The translations under genes were made by a program, and so were the position numbers. The notes beneath the pieces were generated by a model. It was not told the origin of the DNA. It ran no database searches and worked only from the letters and a program-made list of their open reading frames with translations. From contig DBQG01000001.1 in the NCBI GenBank assembly GCA_002305125.1, forward strand, positions 1 to 43,536: DNA of 43,536 bases, read 5' to 3'. The DNA comes from Patescibacteria group bacterium UBA1400. Its GTDB lineage: Bacteria > Patescibacteriota > Microgenomatia > UBA1400. Shown here piece after piece: positions 17,601 to 25,523 of this stretch (its first letter is position 1; every line of letters starts with the position of its first letter).

Positions 17601-18356
17601 GTAAACCACGGTATTTTACGGTTTACCACCCCTCCTGAGCATAAAATTGCTGGAACTGAGGCTAAGATTACTTTAGAAACTTCTTTGCAAAAACCAGCAG
17701 ATAGTGGAGATGCTGATGCTTTACATACCCAAATTTCTCTTCAGTTAACACCAGAGCTATATGAAGCAATGCCAGACACAAGGCCTGCTTTTGATGACTG
17801 GCCTCCTGAGCTTTTAAATGCAGTATATGAAGCAGGAGCAATTGGAACTGCCCGTAAAAAAGAGCTGGCAGAAGTTGGGGGAAAGGTTTTGCAGCTTGAG
17901 ATTGATGCAACCGACTTTGACTCTTTAAGCACACAGCTTGAGGCCTGGAAAAACTTAGGTGATTTGCAAAATTTATATCCTCTTTCAGTAGGAGAGGCAG
18001 CTGTTAATATGTCTCAAGAAATGCAAGAGGCCCTATTTAGCAACAACAGAACTGTTTTAATTACTCTAGGTAGAGGAACTCCCCGGTCTGGCTCTTATTA
18101 TTTAAAAAGGGATCCGGCCACAGGTCAACTTATAGTTAATCTTCAGCGAACAAGAGGGGGTAGGGGAAGAGGAATAATTAATAATATTCCTTTAAAAGAG
18201 TTCGTTTCTAAATATGAAGATCAGTATAAAAGAATAAGACATATTAGGCTTGATCAAGCCTTAACTACAAGACAAAGAAGAGAGATGGAAAGTGAAAAAC
18301 AGGAATTTTTAAAAGAAACAGGAAAAGAAATATTAAGAACCTTGCATCGTTATTAA
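14604..18356 (+). CDS. 1250-aa hypothetical coiled-coil protein with Gly/Ala-zipper membrane segment (orphan cassette gene 2)
   Basis: Uninterrupted ORF with a good SD. Residues ~234-290 (nt ~15303-15473) read GDFAGAYAAIGALVGSGGVVATEIISNFVGAAGAGGPDVAVAAALAGLAGAGIGLAM. Residues ~440-790 are heptad-like and E/K/Q/R-rich. No Walker, HExxH or nuclease motif seen. Confidence 0.85.
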   Translation: MTETRTVNPLTVATFPPEGAPIVNEGNAASAVVHQLRSEAEQRRQASQREAGPRSLKQRYEEQKPREEGVAAIANKEQCIPGRKFKSLEFLTSGEGEFELSKEQDKRLYDEVDRVYRNIQRLSQDDPVVRRLRQVFEKQFPALRGRAEFVKGLRIQRNERIFHTEEELITALVTLEQHQHLVAASLACEISNNGQRTVEINVPSNTEIEAIIRDKIPNIAETSLGIVVESLKVGDFAGAYAAIGALVGSGGVVATEIISNFVGAAGAGGPDVAVAAALAGLAGAGIGLAMKTEFIVGRKAEKSKLRISLPKSDARVVTEYGANLGILNKTPEEILAIIERTERVRHEVWARAGVNLESLEQRAALNLDTLALDPTKTEITQGKGDIIYVNRRQEHLYRLLGNGERSLADLTAAEQLMFKLDASTAALFQENGQIARQIADEAEAKSTTERLSEAGQIDKLASEYEQGKRGLQVVDKAEVKAKQEELAEATEKVSQITELQEELQEVVDKLAPLQQKIETAKAARQVLTQHHETDLGTGETEIQQLGREIGELEDQIIGTTGIDVSLADIRRNIRIKQAEMMRLKREIETLKEEQRGISVKITNPTTGVKYTADEVKNEHARIRGEVSLKQQEHDNFKTEIEEDEGDKEALEERKKFLTKERQDRKDKLDRIRADIRAADTLVAEAEAEGNVANLKVLETERDRILAELALVVNPAAPPTLSVEEVPGQINLAQKEQARLQKEAEKLQLQLERFEAGQGRASPQDLQTAKILRRSAELVRPVSREGREGRFNEISGELVLNDELRVKLADPNLGYNEWLMLMFGPDAIAPDEMRVNRQVVSKADMVMAAVDVWRLDDGYFGRNQEGEFFLTAVRGKINRIASLQDQIAERERYQNPGWQAEIEALRGQIKALRQENNQELAALYDRAAHFFNSDPFKVREFYAELAGRVAKKALRGGEGETYERAQVRMGIRKESRQQVESREGYGVLVYEGPRQVEGTEVNHGILRFTTPPEHKIAGTEAKITLETSLQKPADSGDADALHTQISLQLTPELYEAMPDTRPAFDDWPPELLNAVYEAGAIGTARKKELAEVGGKVLQLEIDATDFDSLSTQLEAWKNLGDLQNLYPLSVGEAAVNMSQEMQEALFSNNRTVLITLGRGTPRSGSYYLKRDPATGQLIVNLQRTRGGRGRGIINNIPLKEFVSKYEDQYKRIRHIRLDQALTTRQRREMESEKQEFLKETGKEILRTLHRY

Positions 18357-18368
18357 AAAGGAGTTTAA

Positions 18369-18725
18369 ATGGCAATAGATTTGGCTAGTTTAATAAAAGT
18401 AGCTCCGTTTGCTCAGGAAGATAAGCAACGTCTTTTAGCAAACCTAGACAAGTTAACAGAAGAACAGCAAGTCAGGCTATCTAATGCTGCCTGGAGCTCT
18501 TTAGCACAGGCTTACTATCTTAAGTTAAAATATGAGTTTGATAAGTTAAATCTTGAGATTCAGGAAGGAAAAAGAGAGTTTAATAAAAAAGATTATGATG
18601 AGCTTAAAGAAAGAGTTTTACAAGAATATCTTAAGAAACTTAAATTTGCTGATAGTCAAGAATCCATGAAAAAGTTAAGGGAAGAACTACAAAAACAGAT
18701 GCAAAAAACCTCAATGACTTCTTAA
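18369..18725 (+). CDS. 118-aa helical hypothetical protein (orphan cassette gene 3)
   Basis: SD AAAGGAG 6 nt upstream of the ATG, 12 nt after the previous stop. All-helical K/E/L-rich sequence with no motif. Confidence 0.7.
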   Translation: MAIDLASLIKVAPFAQEDKQRLLANLDKLTEEQQVRLSNAAWSSLAQAYYLKLKYEFDKLNLEIQEGKREFNKKDYDELKERVLQEYLKKLKFADSQESMKKLREELQKQMQKTSMTS

Positions 18726-18777
18726 ATGTTCTTTAGCATTTCTATTTTTTTTCCTCTTTGTTAAAATAAAATAACTT

Positions 18778-19740
18778 ATGACTAATGAATCATTAGAATT
18801 TTTAGGAGATAGAAGACCTCAAGTATTAAAAGACATTGAAAGACAGGAGCCCTTTACTTTAGACAAAGATGATGAAAGACAAAAAGGGGAAGTTGGGGAA
18901 CTTAGTCAAAGCATTGACAGAATTGAAACAGAAGCAGTAAGACAGGATTTGGTTCAGTTAAATGAACGGCCCCCAAGTTTTCCTATTGCTGAAAATATAA
19001 CACCAGTTGCCCCTCCTGAAAAAAAATCCTGGAAGCAACTGGTTAAGATGGGGGAAGACCCAGAATCAGCAAGGGAATATTTTAATGAAGTTATTTCCTA
19101 CGAAGTAAGCCAGGGAAGGTTGCCGTCATCTTTATCTCAGGAAGTGAGAGATAATATTGACACTTTTGAACCAAATGTTGCGATAAGGGATGTGGTAGTC
19201 AATCTTGCCATTGGTGGTGGGCTTTTTTTAGGAGAGGCAGTTGGTGGTGCTATCTTAGGAAAAGAATTTTTAGGAGATATTATTAAAAATGCAGGAATTA
19301 TTTTAAAACACTATATTCCTTTTCTTCCTCCTTTTTTAACGGGAGGGGCGTTAGCATACCTTCTTCCTATTGACGGCCTTTTAAGAGCTCCTTACTTGGC
19401 TTTTCGCTCGGTTCAGGAAATTACTAAACTTGCTAGGGAAGAGGGGTTTAAAAAAAGCCTGAATTATTTACGTTTTTTTGCAGCTATAAACTTTTTAAAT
19501 CTAACTCCTGTAGGCGGTTGGTTTGCCCCCATGGTTTCTTTTCCCCGAAATCGAGATATGGGTATTACCCTGATTAACCATAAAGTACAAACTTCTAGAG
19601 CGCCCCATTTTATTAAAAACACTGTTAATGAGGGAATTCAATGGTTTTATAAAAGATCTGCAAGAAAACTTGAAGCCAGGCAGCAAGTTAAAAAATCACA
19701 AAAAATTGGTTTAAAACTTCAGCAGCAAGCGGCAGCATAA
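18778..19740 (+). CDS. 320-aa hypothetical membrane protein with Gly-rich hydrophobic segments (orphan cassette gene 4)
   Basis: The acidic N-terminal third is followed by VVVNLAIGGGLFLGEAVGGAILG and IPFLPPFLTGGALAYLLPI (nt ~19192-19377), then a basic tail. No recognisable family. Confidence 0.7.
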   Translation: MTNESLEFLGDRRPQVLKDIERQEPFTLDKDDERQKGEVGELSQSIDRIETEAVRQDLVQLNERPPSFPIAENITPVAPPEKKSWKQLVKMGEDPESAREYFNEVISYEVSQGRLPSSLSQEVRDNIDTFEPNVAIRDVVVNLAIGGGLFLGEAVGGAILGKEFLGDIIKNAGIILKHYIPFLPPFLTGGALAYLLPIDGLLRAPYLAFRSVQEITKLAREEGFKKSLNYLRFFAAINFLNLTPVGGWFAPMVSFPRNRDMGITLINHKVQTSRAPHFIKNTVNEGIQWFYKRSARKLEARQQVKKSQKIGLKLQQQAAA

Positions 19741-19776
19741 TTGTTTTTTTTAATTCTTTTTGTTAAGATAACTATT

Positions 19777-19914
19777 ATGACAAAGAGAACTTATCAGCCA
19801 AAACCTAAAAAACGTAAAAGAACTCATGGTTTTCTTGTTAAGATGAGAACCAAAGATGGCCGTAATGTAATTAAGAGAAGAAGGCAAAAGGGAAGAAAAA
19901 AGCTGACTGTTTAA
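19777..19914 (+). CDS. rpmH: 50S ribosomal protein L34
   Basis: Hand translation gives [45 protein letters not shown]. Too short for the ORF track. Stop lies 1 nt before the rnpA ATG. Confidence 0.95.
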   Translation: MTKRTYQPKPKKRKRTHGFLVKMRTKDGRNVIKRRRQKGRKKLTV

Positions 19915-19915
19915 A

Positions 19916-20266
19916 ATGCTTCCTGCAAAAAACAGACTGTCTTCATTTTTAATTCTTGAACTCCTTGGTTCTGGACAGCGTTTCCACGGTAAATATTTAA
20001 GCCTTTATATCGCCCGGTCCTTAGAAAAAAAGAATAATTCTTATTTTGCCTTTCTGGTTCCTAAAAAAATTACCAAGCAAGTAGTGGAAAAAAACAAAAT
20101 GAAAAGAAAAGTGAAAGCTGCTGTAAAACAAAATCTAGAACAAATTAAAAAAGGTTATAACGTTTTATTTTTGGTGAAAGAGAACATAAACAGTGAAACA
20201 CATAGGACAATCAAAGCCGAAGTCGAAGAGCTTTTAAAACAAGCAGGCTTATTTCAATGCTTTTAA
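19916..20266 (+). CDS. rnpA: ribonuclease P protein component
   Basis: 116 aa, basic, MLPAKNRLSS..., in the canonical position after rpmH. Confidence 0.9.
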   Translation: MLPAKNRLSSFLILELLGSGQRFHGKYLSLYIARSLEKKNNSYFAFLVPKKITKQVVEKNKMKRKVKAAVKQNLEQIKKGYNVLFLVKENINSETHRTIKAEVEELLKQAGLFQCF

Positions 20267-20361
20267 TAATTAAAGCAATTAAAGCTTAAAATGCGGAAAT
20301 TATAAGCAGGAAAATTGTCCTAAAGCATAAATATTTTTATTAAATTTAGAAACCTTAAATA

Positions 20362-20598
20362 GTGAGAAAAATAATATTACAACTAATTCGTTGGTATCAG
20401 GATTCTAAGTTTTTTTCAGGAAACCTATTTAAGGGTTTTTTAATTTCTGACGTCTGTTGCCGGTTTCGTCCTACCTGCAGTGAGTATTGCTACCAAGCCA
20501 TAGAAAAATATGGTATTATAAAAGGTATCCTCCTGGGATTGCGGAGGATTTTTAAATGCCACCCTTGGTCAAAGGGAGGGAAGGATCTTTTAGATTAA
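20362..20598 (+). CDS. yidD: membrane protein insertion efficiency factor YidD
   Basis: CRFRPTCSEYCYQAIEKYGIIKGILLGLRRIFKCHPWSKGGKD is the YidD signature. GTG start. Confidence 0.9.
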   Translation: MRKIILQLIRWYQDSKFFSGNLFKGFLISDVCCRFRPTCSEYCYQAIEKYGIIKGILLGLRRIFKCHPWSKGGKDLLD

Positions 20599-20613
20599 AA
20601 TTAACTTTAAAAA

Positions 20614-21426
20614 ATGAACATTTGGCAGCTTTTGCTTTATCAACCACTACTAAATCTCTTAATTTTATTTTATAAAATATTGGGACAGAATTTAGGTTTG
20701 GCCATTATTGGCCTAACCTTATTTATCCGATTGCTTTTAACCCCCCTAACAAAACCTTCTTTAGAAGCTTCTCAGAAGTTAAAAGACTTAGCTCCGGAGT
20801 TGGAAAAACTTAAACAAAAACACAAAAACAATAAGCAGGCTTTGGCTCAGGCCCAGTTGGAGCTGTATCGCAAGCATGGTGTTAATCCCGGTGCTGGCTG
20901 TTTGCCTCAAATTGTCCAAATAGTGATTTTAATCGCTCTTTTTCAGGCATTTAATCAGACCCTAGTTGCTGATGGCAATATTGTTCAAAAATTAAACGAA
21001 CTTTTATATATTCCTTTGAAGTTTGTTGAAGACCAACATATTAATGCCCGCTTTTTATATTTAGATTTGACTCAGCCCGACTTAATAACGCTGCCTTTTT
21101 CTTTAAACCTATTTGGTTTTACTTTAAATAAATTACCAGGACTGTTTTTAATTGCCGCTGCTGTTACCCAATTTTTATCTTCCAAACTTATGCTTCCGGC
21201 AGCCAAGCAAGCTGAGAAAACTGCTAAAAAGACTCCTGTTAAAGAAGACGATATGGCCGCCATGATGCAAAAACAGATGCTTTTTATGATGCCCTTAATG
21301 ACTTTAATAATTGGTTTTCGTTTTGCCTCGGGCCTTGTTTTATATTGGCTGACTTTTTCCAGCTTTATGTTGGTTCAGCAGATAATAGTAGGAAAGCAAA
21401 GGAGTAAAAATGGTAACAAAAAATAA
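20614..21426 (+). CDS. yidC: membrane protein insertase YidC (short form)
   Basis: 270 aa and polytopic, with LTPLTKPSLEASQKLKDLAPELEKLKQKHK...YRKHGVNPGAGCLP, the conserved YidC/Oxa1 core. Confidence 0.9.
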   Translation: MNIWQLLLYQPLLNLLILFYKILGQNLGLAIIGLTLFIRLLLTPLTKPSLEASQKLKDLAPELEKLKQKHKNNKQALAQAQLELYRKHGVNPGAGCLPQIVQIVILIALFQAFNQTLVADGNIVQKLNELLYIPLKFVEDQHINARFLYLDLTQPDLITLPFSLNLFGFTLNKLPGLFLIAAAVTQFLSSKLMLPAAKQAEKTAKKTPVKEDDMAAMMQKQMLFMMPLMTLIIGFRFASGLVLYWLTFSSFMLVQQIIVGKQRSKNGNKK

Positions 21427-21883
21427 TCAAGAATTGACTAAAAAAACAATAGAAGAACTTTTAGATCTTCTAGGCATTACTGACGCCAAAGTTTCTATTG
21501 AACCGGAAGACGAAGGTGTTTTTAAAATTGACATTGATTCGGAACATACTGGTGTTTTAATTGGTAGGCAGGGAGAAACAATTGTTAATCTACAGCTGCT
21601 TTTATCTTTAATTATTTACAAAAAATTAGGTGAATGGCAAAGACTGGTAGTTGATGTAGGTGGGTGGAGGCAGCAAAGAGAAGAAAGTTTAAAAAAATTA
21701 GCCCAAAATACAGCTCAAAAAGTAAAACTATCAGGTGAGGAAGTAATTTTAACCAGATTAAGTCCTTTTGAGCGGCGGATTATTCATATGGAGTTATCTG
21801 AAAACCCAGATGTAGTTACCCAGTCTCAAGGTGAAGGGTCTCAAAGAGTTTTGGTTGTTAAGCTCAGGCAAGCCAATGGTTAA
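21410..21883 (+). CDS. jag: Jag/KhpB-like RNA-binding protein (KH + R3H)
   Basis: GVLIGRQGETIVNLQ (KH GXXG) and LSPFERRIIHMEL (R3H). Overlaps the yidC end by 17 nt. Confidence 0.85.
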   Translation: MVTKNNQELTKKTIEELLDLLGITDAKVSIEPEDEGVFKIDIDSEHTGVLIGRQGETIVNLQLLLSLIIYKKLGEWQRLVVDVGGWRQQREESLKKLAQNTAQKVKLSGEEVILTRLSPFERRIIHMELSENPDVVTQSQGEGSQRVLVVKLRQANG

Positions 21884-22334
21884 AAAAGAAAATAAGCTAA
21901 CAGTTTTTGCTGATGGCGGAGCCAGAGGCAATCCCGGTCCTTCAGCCTGGGCGTTTGTAGTTAAAAATCCTAATAATGATATTTTAGTTGAAAAAGCCGG
22001 TTTTTTTGGCAACGCAACCAATAATGTTGCTGAATATAAAGCTGTTTTAGCTGCTTTTAGCTGGCTTGTTGCTAATAAAAGTCTTGTTAAGCATATTGAA
22101 GAGATTGTTTTTTTTCTTGATTCTCAGTTAGTAGTAAATCAGCTTAGCGGCAGTTTTAAAATAAAAAATGAAAATTTGAGAAAATTGGTAATTGAGATTA
22201 AAAAACTTGAAGCAGAGTTGAAAATTTTTATTGCCAACCTGCAGGTTATATATAACCATATCCCCAGAGAGGAAAATAAGCATGCCGACAGCCTTCTTAA
22301 TAAAGCCCTTGATGAAGCCTTATCTGCTTTTTAA
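21876..22334 (+). CDS. rnhA: ribonuclease HI
   Basis: Trimmed to ATG 21876 (MVKKENKLTVFADGGARGNPGPSAW...), which overlaps the jag stop by 8 nt. Contains NNVAEYKAVL, LDSQLVVNQLSG and REENKHADSLLNKALD. Confidence 0.85.
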   Translation: MVKKENKLTVFADGGARGNPGPSAWAFVVKNPNNDILVEKAGFFGNATNNVAEYKAVLAAFSWLVANKSLVKHIEEIVFFLDSQLVVNQLSGSFKIKNENLRKLVIEIKKLEAELKIFIANLQVIYNHIPREENKHADSLLNKALDEALSAF

Positions 22335-22393
22335 ATTTCAACTTGATTTCACTCCAAAGTAAATTAAAATTAAATTAAGATTTAAACTGCCCA

Positions 22394-25300
22394 ATGAATA
22401 AAAAAGTAAAACATCAAGTTCAGCATACGCAAGAACTTACTCAGGTTCTTGTGGCTGGAGGAGCTGGTTTTATCGGCAGTTACCTTTGCCAGTTGTTGTT
22501 GGACCAAAACTGTTATGTTTATTGTCTGGATAACTTAAAAACAGGTACAAAGCAAAACATCTCTTCTTTTATTGATAAAGCTAATTTTCAGTTTATTGAT
22601 CATGATCTTACCAAGCCTTTAGATAAATTAAAACTTCCTAAGCTTGATTATGTTTTTCATTTGGCAGGCTTGGATAATCACTTACATAAACAACAAATAT
22701 CTTTACAGACGTTATTAACTAATTCTGAAGGTACTAAAAATATTTTAGATTTAGCCAAAGATAAGAAAAGTAAATTTTTGTTGGGGTCTTCTTTAGCTGT
22801 TTTTGAAGGTATGGTTTCAGCCGATCAGTTAAAACATTATTTTGGCCCCAAAGAAGATAAAGAAAGTTTTTATTCTTTAGCTGAGGCTAAAAGATTTTCC
22901 GAATCTTTGGTTTTTGAATACTTTAAAAACTACAGCCTTGATTGCCGCATTGTTAGACTTTTGGATGTTTATGGACCCAGAATGAACATTGACTCTACCG
23001 GATCTATTCCGGCTCTTTTTAAAAATATTTTAAATAAAGAGCCTTTTGCTGTTCCTCAGGACGGATTAACACCTATTTATCCTACCTTTGTTACCGATGT
23101 TGTATATGGACTTTTAAAAGCTATGTTTAATCAACAAACAGCCGGAAAAATATATACTCTTGCCAACGTTAAAGGAATAACTGTTTTAGATTTTGCCCAC
23201 AAACTAAAAGAACTTGGCGGACATCAAAACGAAATTGTATTTACCGGAAAAGAAATAAAAACTTTATTTAGTAAGGAAGAGATAGTAAAAACTCAAGAAG
23301 AGCTTAATTGGCATCCTCAAATTGATTTAAATCAGGGGATTAAGAAGACTTTTGAGTGGCTAAGGTTGATGGAACCAACGGTTGTTATAAAAGAAGCTTT
23401 TGAGAAAAAAGAACAAACAGAAGAAGTTGAAGTGTTAGAAGAACTTGAAGTAGTGGAAGAAGCAGAGGTTTTAACCAAGCCCTTATTAGAAGAAACAGAG
23501 CCGGAAAAAAAGGTTGACCAAGTGAAGACAGAAACAAAAATAGTAGTAAATAAACCAATAAAAGATCAAAAAACTAACAAAGAAGAAAGGGGTGAAAAAA
23601 GAAGAAGGGAAAGACTGGTAATAAAGTTGGTTAAAAGCATATCTTTTAAAAAAATAGGTTTGTTAAAAATATTGTTGGGATTTTTTACCCTTTCTCTTAT
23701 TACTCTGCTGTTGCCTTTTTTGTTTTTTTACCACAATCTTCAAAACGGGAGTAAGTTTTTAACCGACAGAGAGTATAAGCAGGCAGCTGTTTCCTGGCAA
23801 AAAAGCAAAAAGCTTCTTTTAGGATTTTCTAACATTCTTTCTTTCTTTTCTCCTCAGCAAAGCGAGCAGGTTCTTTCTTTCATAGATTTAGGGATGGAGT
23901 TTTTACAAGCAAAACAGGAAGAGACTTTAGCCAAACAGCATCTTTATAATTTAACCAATATTATTGTTAAGGGAGAAAGAGGAGATGGTTTACATGAAAT
24001 AAGACAGGCAAACCTTTATCTTAATCAAGTCTATCAAAGTTTAAGTTTAATCGAGGGAGAGATAAAGCAGCTCGATTTAGATAAAAAAGAGCCATTTTTC
24101 TTAAAAAACATTAAAGAAGAAATTGTTGTATATGAGAAAGAGGTTCCTAAATTAAGGGAAAAAATTAAATTGACAAGACAGCTTCTTCCTGTTTTGCCCA
24201 ACTTTTTTTCCTTTGAGGGTAAAAAAACCTATTTAGTTTTGATTCAAGATAATTTAGAGTTAAGGCCAACAGGCGGGTTTATTACTGCTTATGGGCTTTT
24301 AACTTTTGAAAAAGGTAAGCTGCTGGATTTTGAAATAAAAAATACCACCAGCATAGATTCAAAACTTAAGGGACAGGTTGAACCACCGGAGATTTTAAAA
24401 CATCATTTAAATCTGGATGGTTGGTATTTAAGAGATGTTAACTGGAGCCCTGACTTTCCTGCTACCAGCTTTCAAGCTCAATGGTTGTTGGAAAAAGAAA
24501 TAGGAGTTAAAACGGACGGGGTTATTGCCTTAAACCTCTATGTTTTACAAGAGCTTTTACAAGTAACAGGGCCAGTTCAACTGTTAAACTATAATGAGGT
24601 TATTACTCCAGATAATTTATTTGCTAAAACAATTCAGTATTTTGAAGTGGACTTTTCTGCCAACAACGTTGAAGTAGATTTTATTTCTCAGCTTACTCAG
24701 TTAATGTTTGAAAAAATTAAACAACTTGATAATGAAGAATGGTTTTTGCTGGCAGAGGGAATCCAGCAGAGCTTAAAACAAAAACAACTACTTCTTTCTT
24801 TTCAGGATCAGATTCTTGATAGAATTGCGGTAGAAAAAGACTGGAATGGTTCTTTAAGAAAACAGGCAAGTGATCTGCCCTCAAATACAGTTGGTGATTA
24901 TTTAATGGTGAACGAAGCTAATCTGGGAATTAATAAAGTTAACTACTTTTTAAAAAGAAATCTACAGCACGAGGTAACAATTTTGGACAATGGAGATCTG
25001 CTTGAAAGCCTAACTTTGATTTACCAAAATCAAAGCACTTCTAAGGGTTGGCCTGCGGGCGATTACCGTAACTATTTAAGAACCTATATTCCTTTAAACA
25101 GCAGGTTGGTCAATATTAAAACTGGAAGTAGTTTGAACAGTTTGATAGAAGTTTCCGAAGATAAAATAGAAATTAATGAAATCTTTGGAAAAAGCGAGTT
25201 GGGTTTTTTGTTGGAAGTACCGGCCCAACAAACAAGAATTGTTAAAATTACCTATCAACCTCCTTATAAACTTACTTTTAACAAGGGGCAAGCATCTTAT

Positions 25301-25480
25301 CTTTTTTATTGGCAAAAGCAGCCGGGATGGGGGGCTGAACCGGTTCAGTTGAAAATTAATATAGCTTCAAATATAAAACCCTTAAGAATTGCTCCGACAG
25401 CTAAAGTTAACGGTTCGCAAATTAACTTTACCGGCGATACTACTAGTGATAATTTTTATGTGGTTGATTTTATAAATTAA
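22394..25480 (+). CDS. fusion protein: N-terminal extended-SDR NAD-dependent sugar epimerase/dehydratase-like domain, acidic linker, TM helix, C-terminal DUF4012 domain
   Basis: Rossmann motif VLVAGGAGFIGSYLC at the N-terminus. E/V-rich linker, then TM helix LLKILLGFFTLSLITLLLPFLFF. YLVLIQDNLELRPTGGFITAYGLL is the hallmark DUF4012 motif. Confidence 0.85.
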   Translation: MNKKVKHQVQHTQELTQVLVAGGAGFIGSYLCQLLLDQNCYVYCLDNLKTGTKQNISSFIDKANFQFIDHDLTKPLDKLKLPKLDYVFHLAGLDNHLHKQQISLQTLLTNSEGTKNILDLAKDKKSKFLLGSSLAVFEGMVSADQLKHYFGPKEDKESFYSLAEAKRFSESLVFEYFKNYSLDCRIVRLLDVYGPRMNIDSTGSIPALFKNILNKEPFAVPQDGLTPIYPTFVTDVVYGLLKAMFNQQTAGKIYTLANVKGITVLDFAHKLKELGGHQNEIVFTGKEIKTLFSKEEIVKTQEELNWHPQIDLNQGIKKTFEWLRLMEPTVVIKEAFEKKEQTEEVEVLEELEVVEEAEVLTKPLLEETEPEKKVDQVKTETKIVVNKPIKDQKTNKEERGEKRRRERLVIKLVKSISFKKIGLLKILLGFFTLSLITLLLPFLFFYHNLQNGSKFLTDREYKQAAVSWQKSKKLLLGFSNILSFFSPQQSEQVLSFIDLGMEFLQAKQEETLAKQHLYNLTNIIVKGERGDGLHEIRQANLYLNQVYQSLSLIEGEIKQLDLDKKEPFFLKNIKEEIVVYEKEVPKLREKIKLTRQLLPVLPNFFSFEGKKTYLVLIQDNLELRPTGGFITAYGLLTFEKGKLLDFEIKNTTSIDSKLKGQVEPPEILKHHLNLDGWYLRDVNWSPDFPATSFQAQWLLEKEIGVKTDGVIALNLYVLQELLQVTGPVQLLNYNEVITPDNLFAKTIQYFEVDFSANNVEVDFISQLTQLMFEKIKQLDNEEWFLLAEGIQQSLKQKQLLLSFQDQILDRIAVEKDWNGSLRKQASDLPSNTVGDYLMVNEANLGINKVNYFLKRNLQHEVTILDNGDLLESLTLIYQNQSTSKGWPAGDYRNYLRTYIPLNSRLVNIKTGSSLNSLIEVSEDKIEINEIFGKSELGFLLEVPAQQTRIVKITYQPPYKLTFNKGQASYLFYWQKQPGWGAEPVQLKINIASNIKPLRIAPTAKVNGSQINFTGDTTSDNFYVVDFIN

Positions 25481-25484
25481 CTGC

Positions 25485-25513
25485 TTGTCTTTTTAAAAAA
25501 TAATTGATACAAT
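25485..25513 (+). promoter_or_regulatory. candidate promoter for rplY
   Basis: TTGTCT at 25485-25490, a 17-nt spacer, and TACAAT at 25508-25513. The leader to ATG 25524 is only ~10 nt and has no SD. Confidence 0.35.
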
Positions 25514-25523
25514 TACTTCTGTT

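Noticed and set aside
15320-17934. Antisense and alternative-frame ORFs inside the 1250-aa gene (15320..15616, 16265..16642, 17104..17313, 17668..17934, 17741..17932)
   Set aside because: The coding strand is strongly purine-rich (GAA/AAG/AGA codons), so the complement is stop-poor. These are shadow ORFs with S/L/F-rich nonsense composition and no SDs.
14604-18356. Reading the 1250-aa coiled-coil/Gly-zipper protein as a phage tape-measure protein, and the cassette as a prophage remnant
   Set aside because: No capsid, portal, terminase, tail, integrase or lysis genes lie anywhere nearby, and the cassette is only four genes. The resemblance is compositional only. It is kept as a caveat in the findings.
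13374-19740. Calling the orphan cassette an anti-phage defence system
   Set aside because: I could not find a nuclease, NTPase, SIR2/TIR, methylase, protease or reverse-transcriptase motif by eye in any of the four proteins. The proteins look structural or membrane-associated.
13374-19740. Claiming a distinct GC content for the cassette as proof of horizontal transfer
   Set aside because: Spot counts of a few 60-nt lines gave values similar to other regions. The visible difference is amino-acid usage (Arg/Ala/Glu versus Lys). A proper windowed GC or k-mer computation is needed before making that claim.
20268-20285. Tandem 9-mer AATTAAAGC x2 between rnpA and yidD
   Set aside because: Only two copies of an AT-rich motif, which is too small to interpret.
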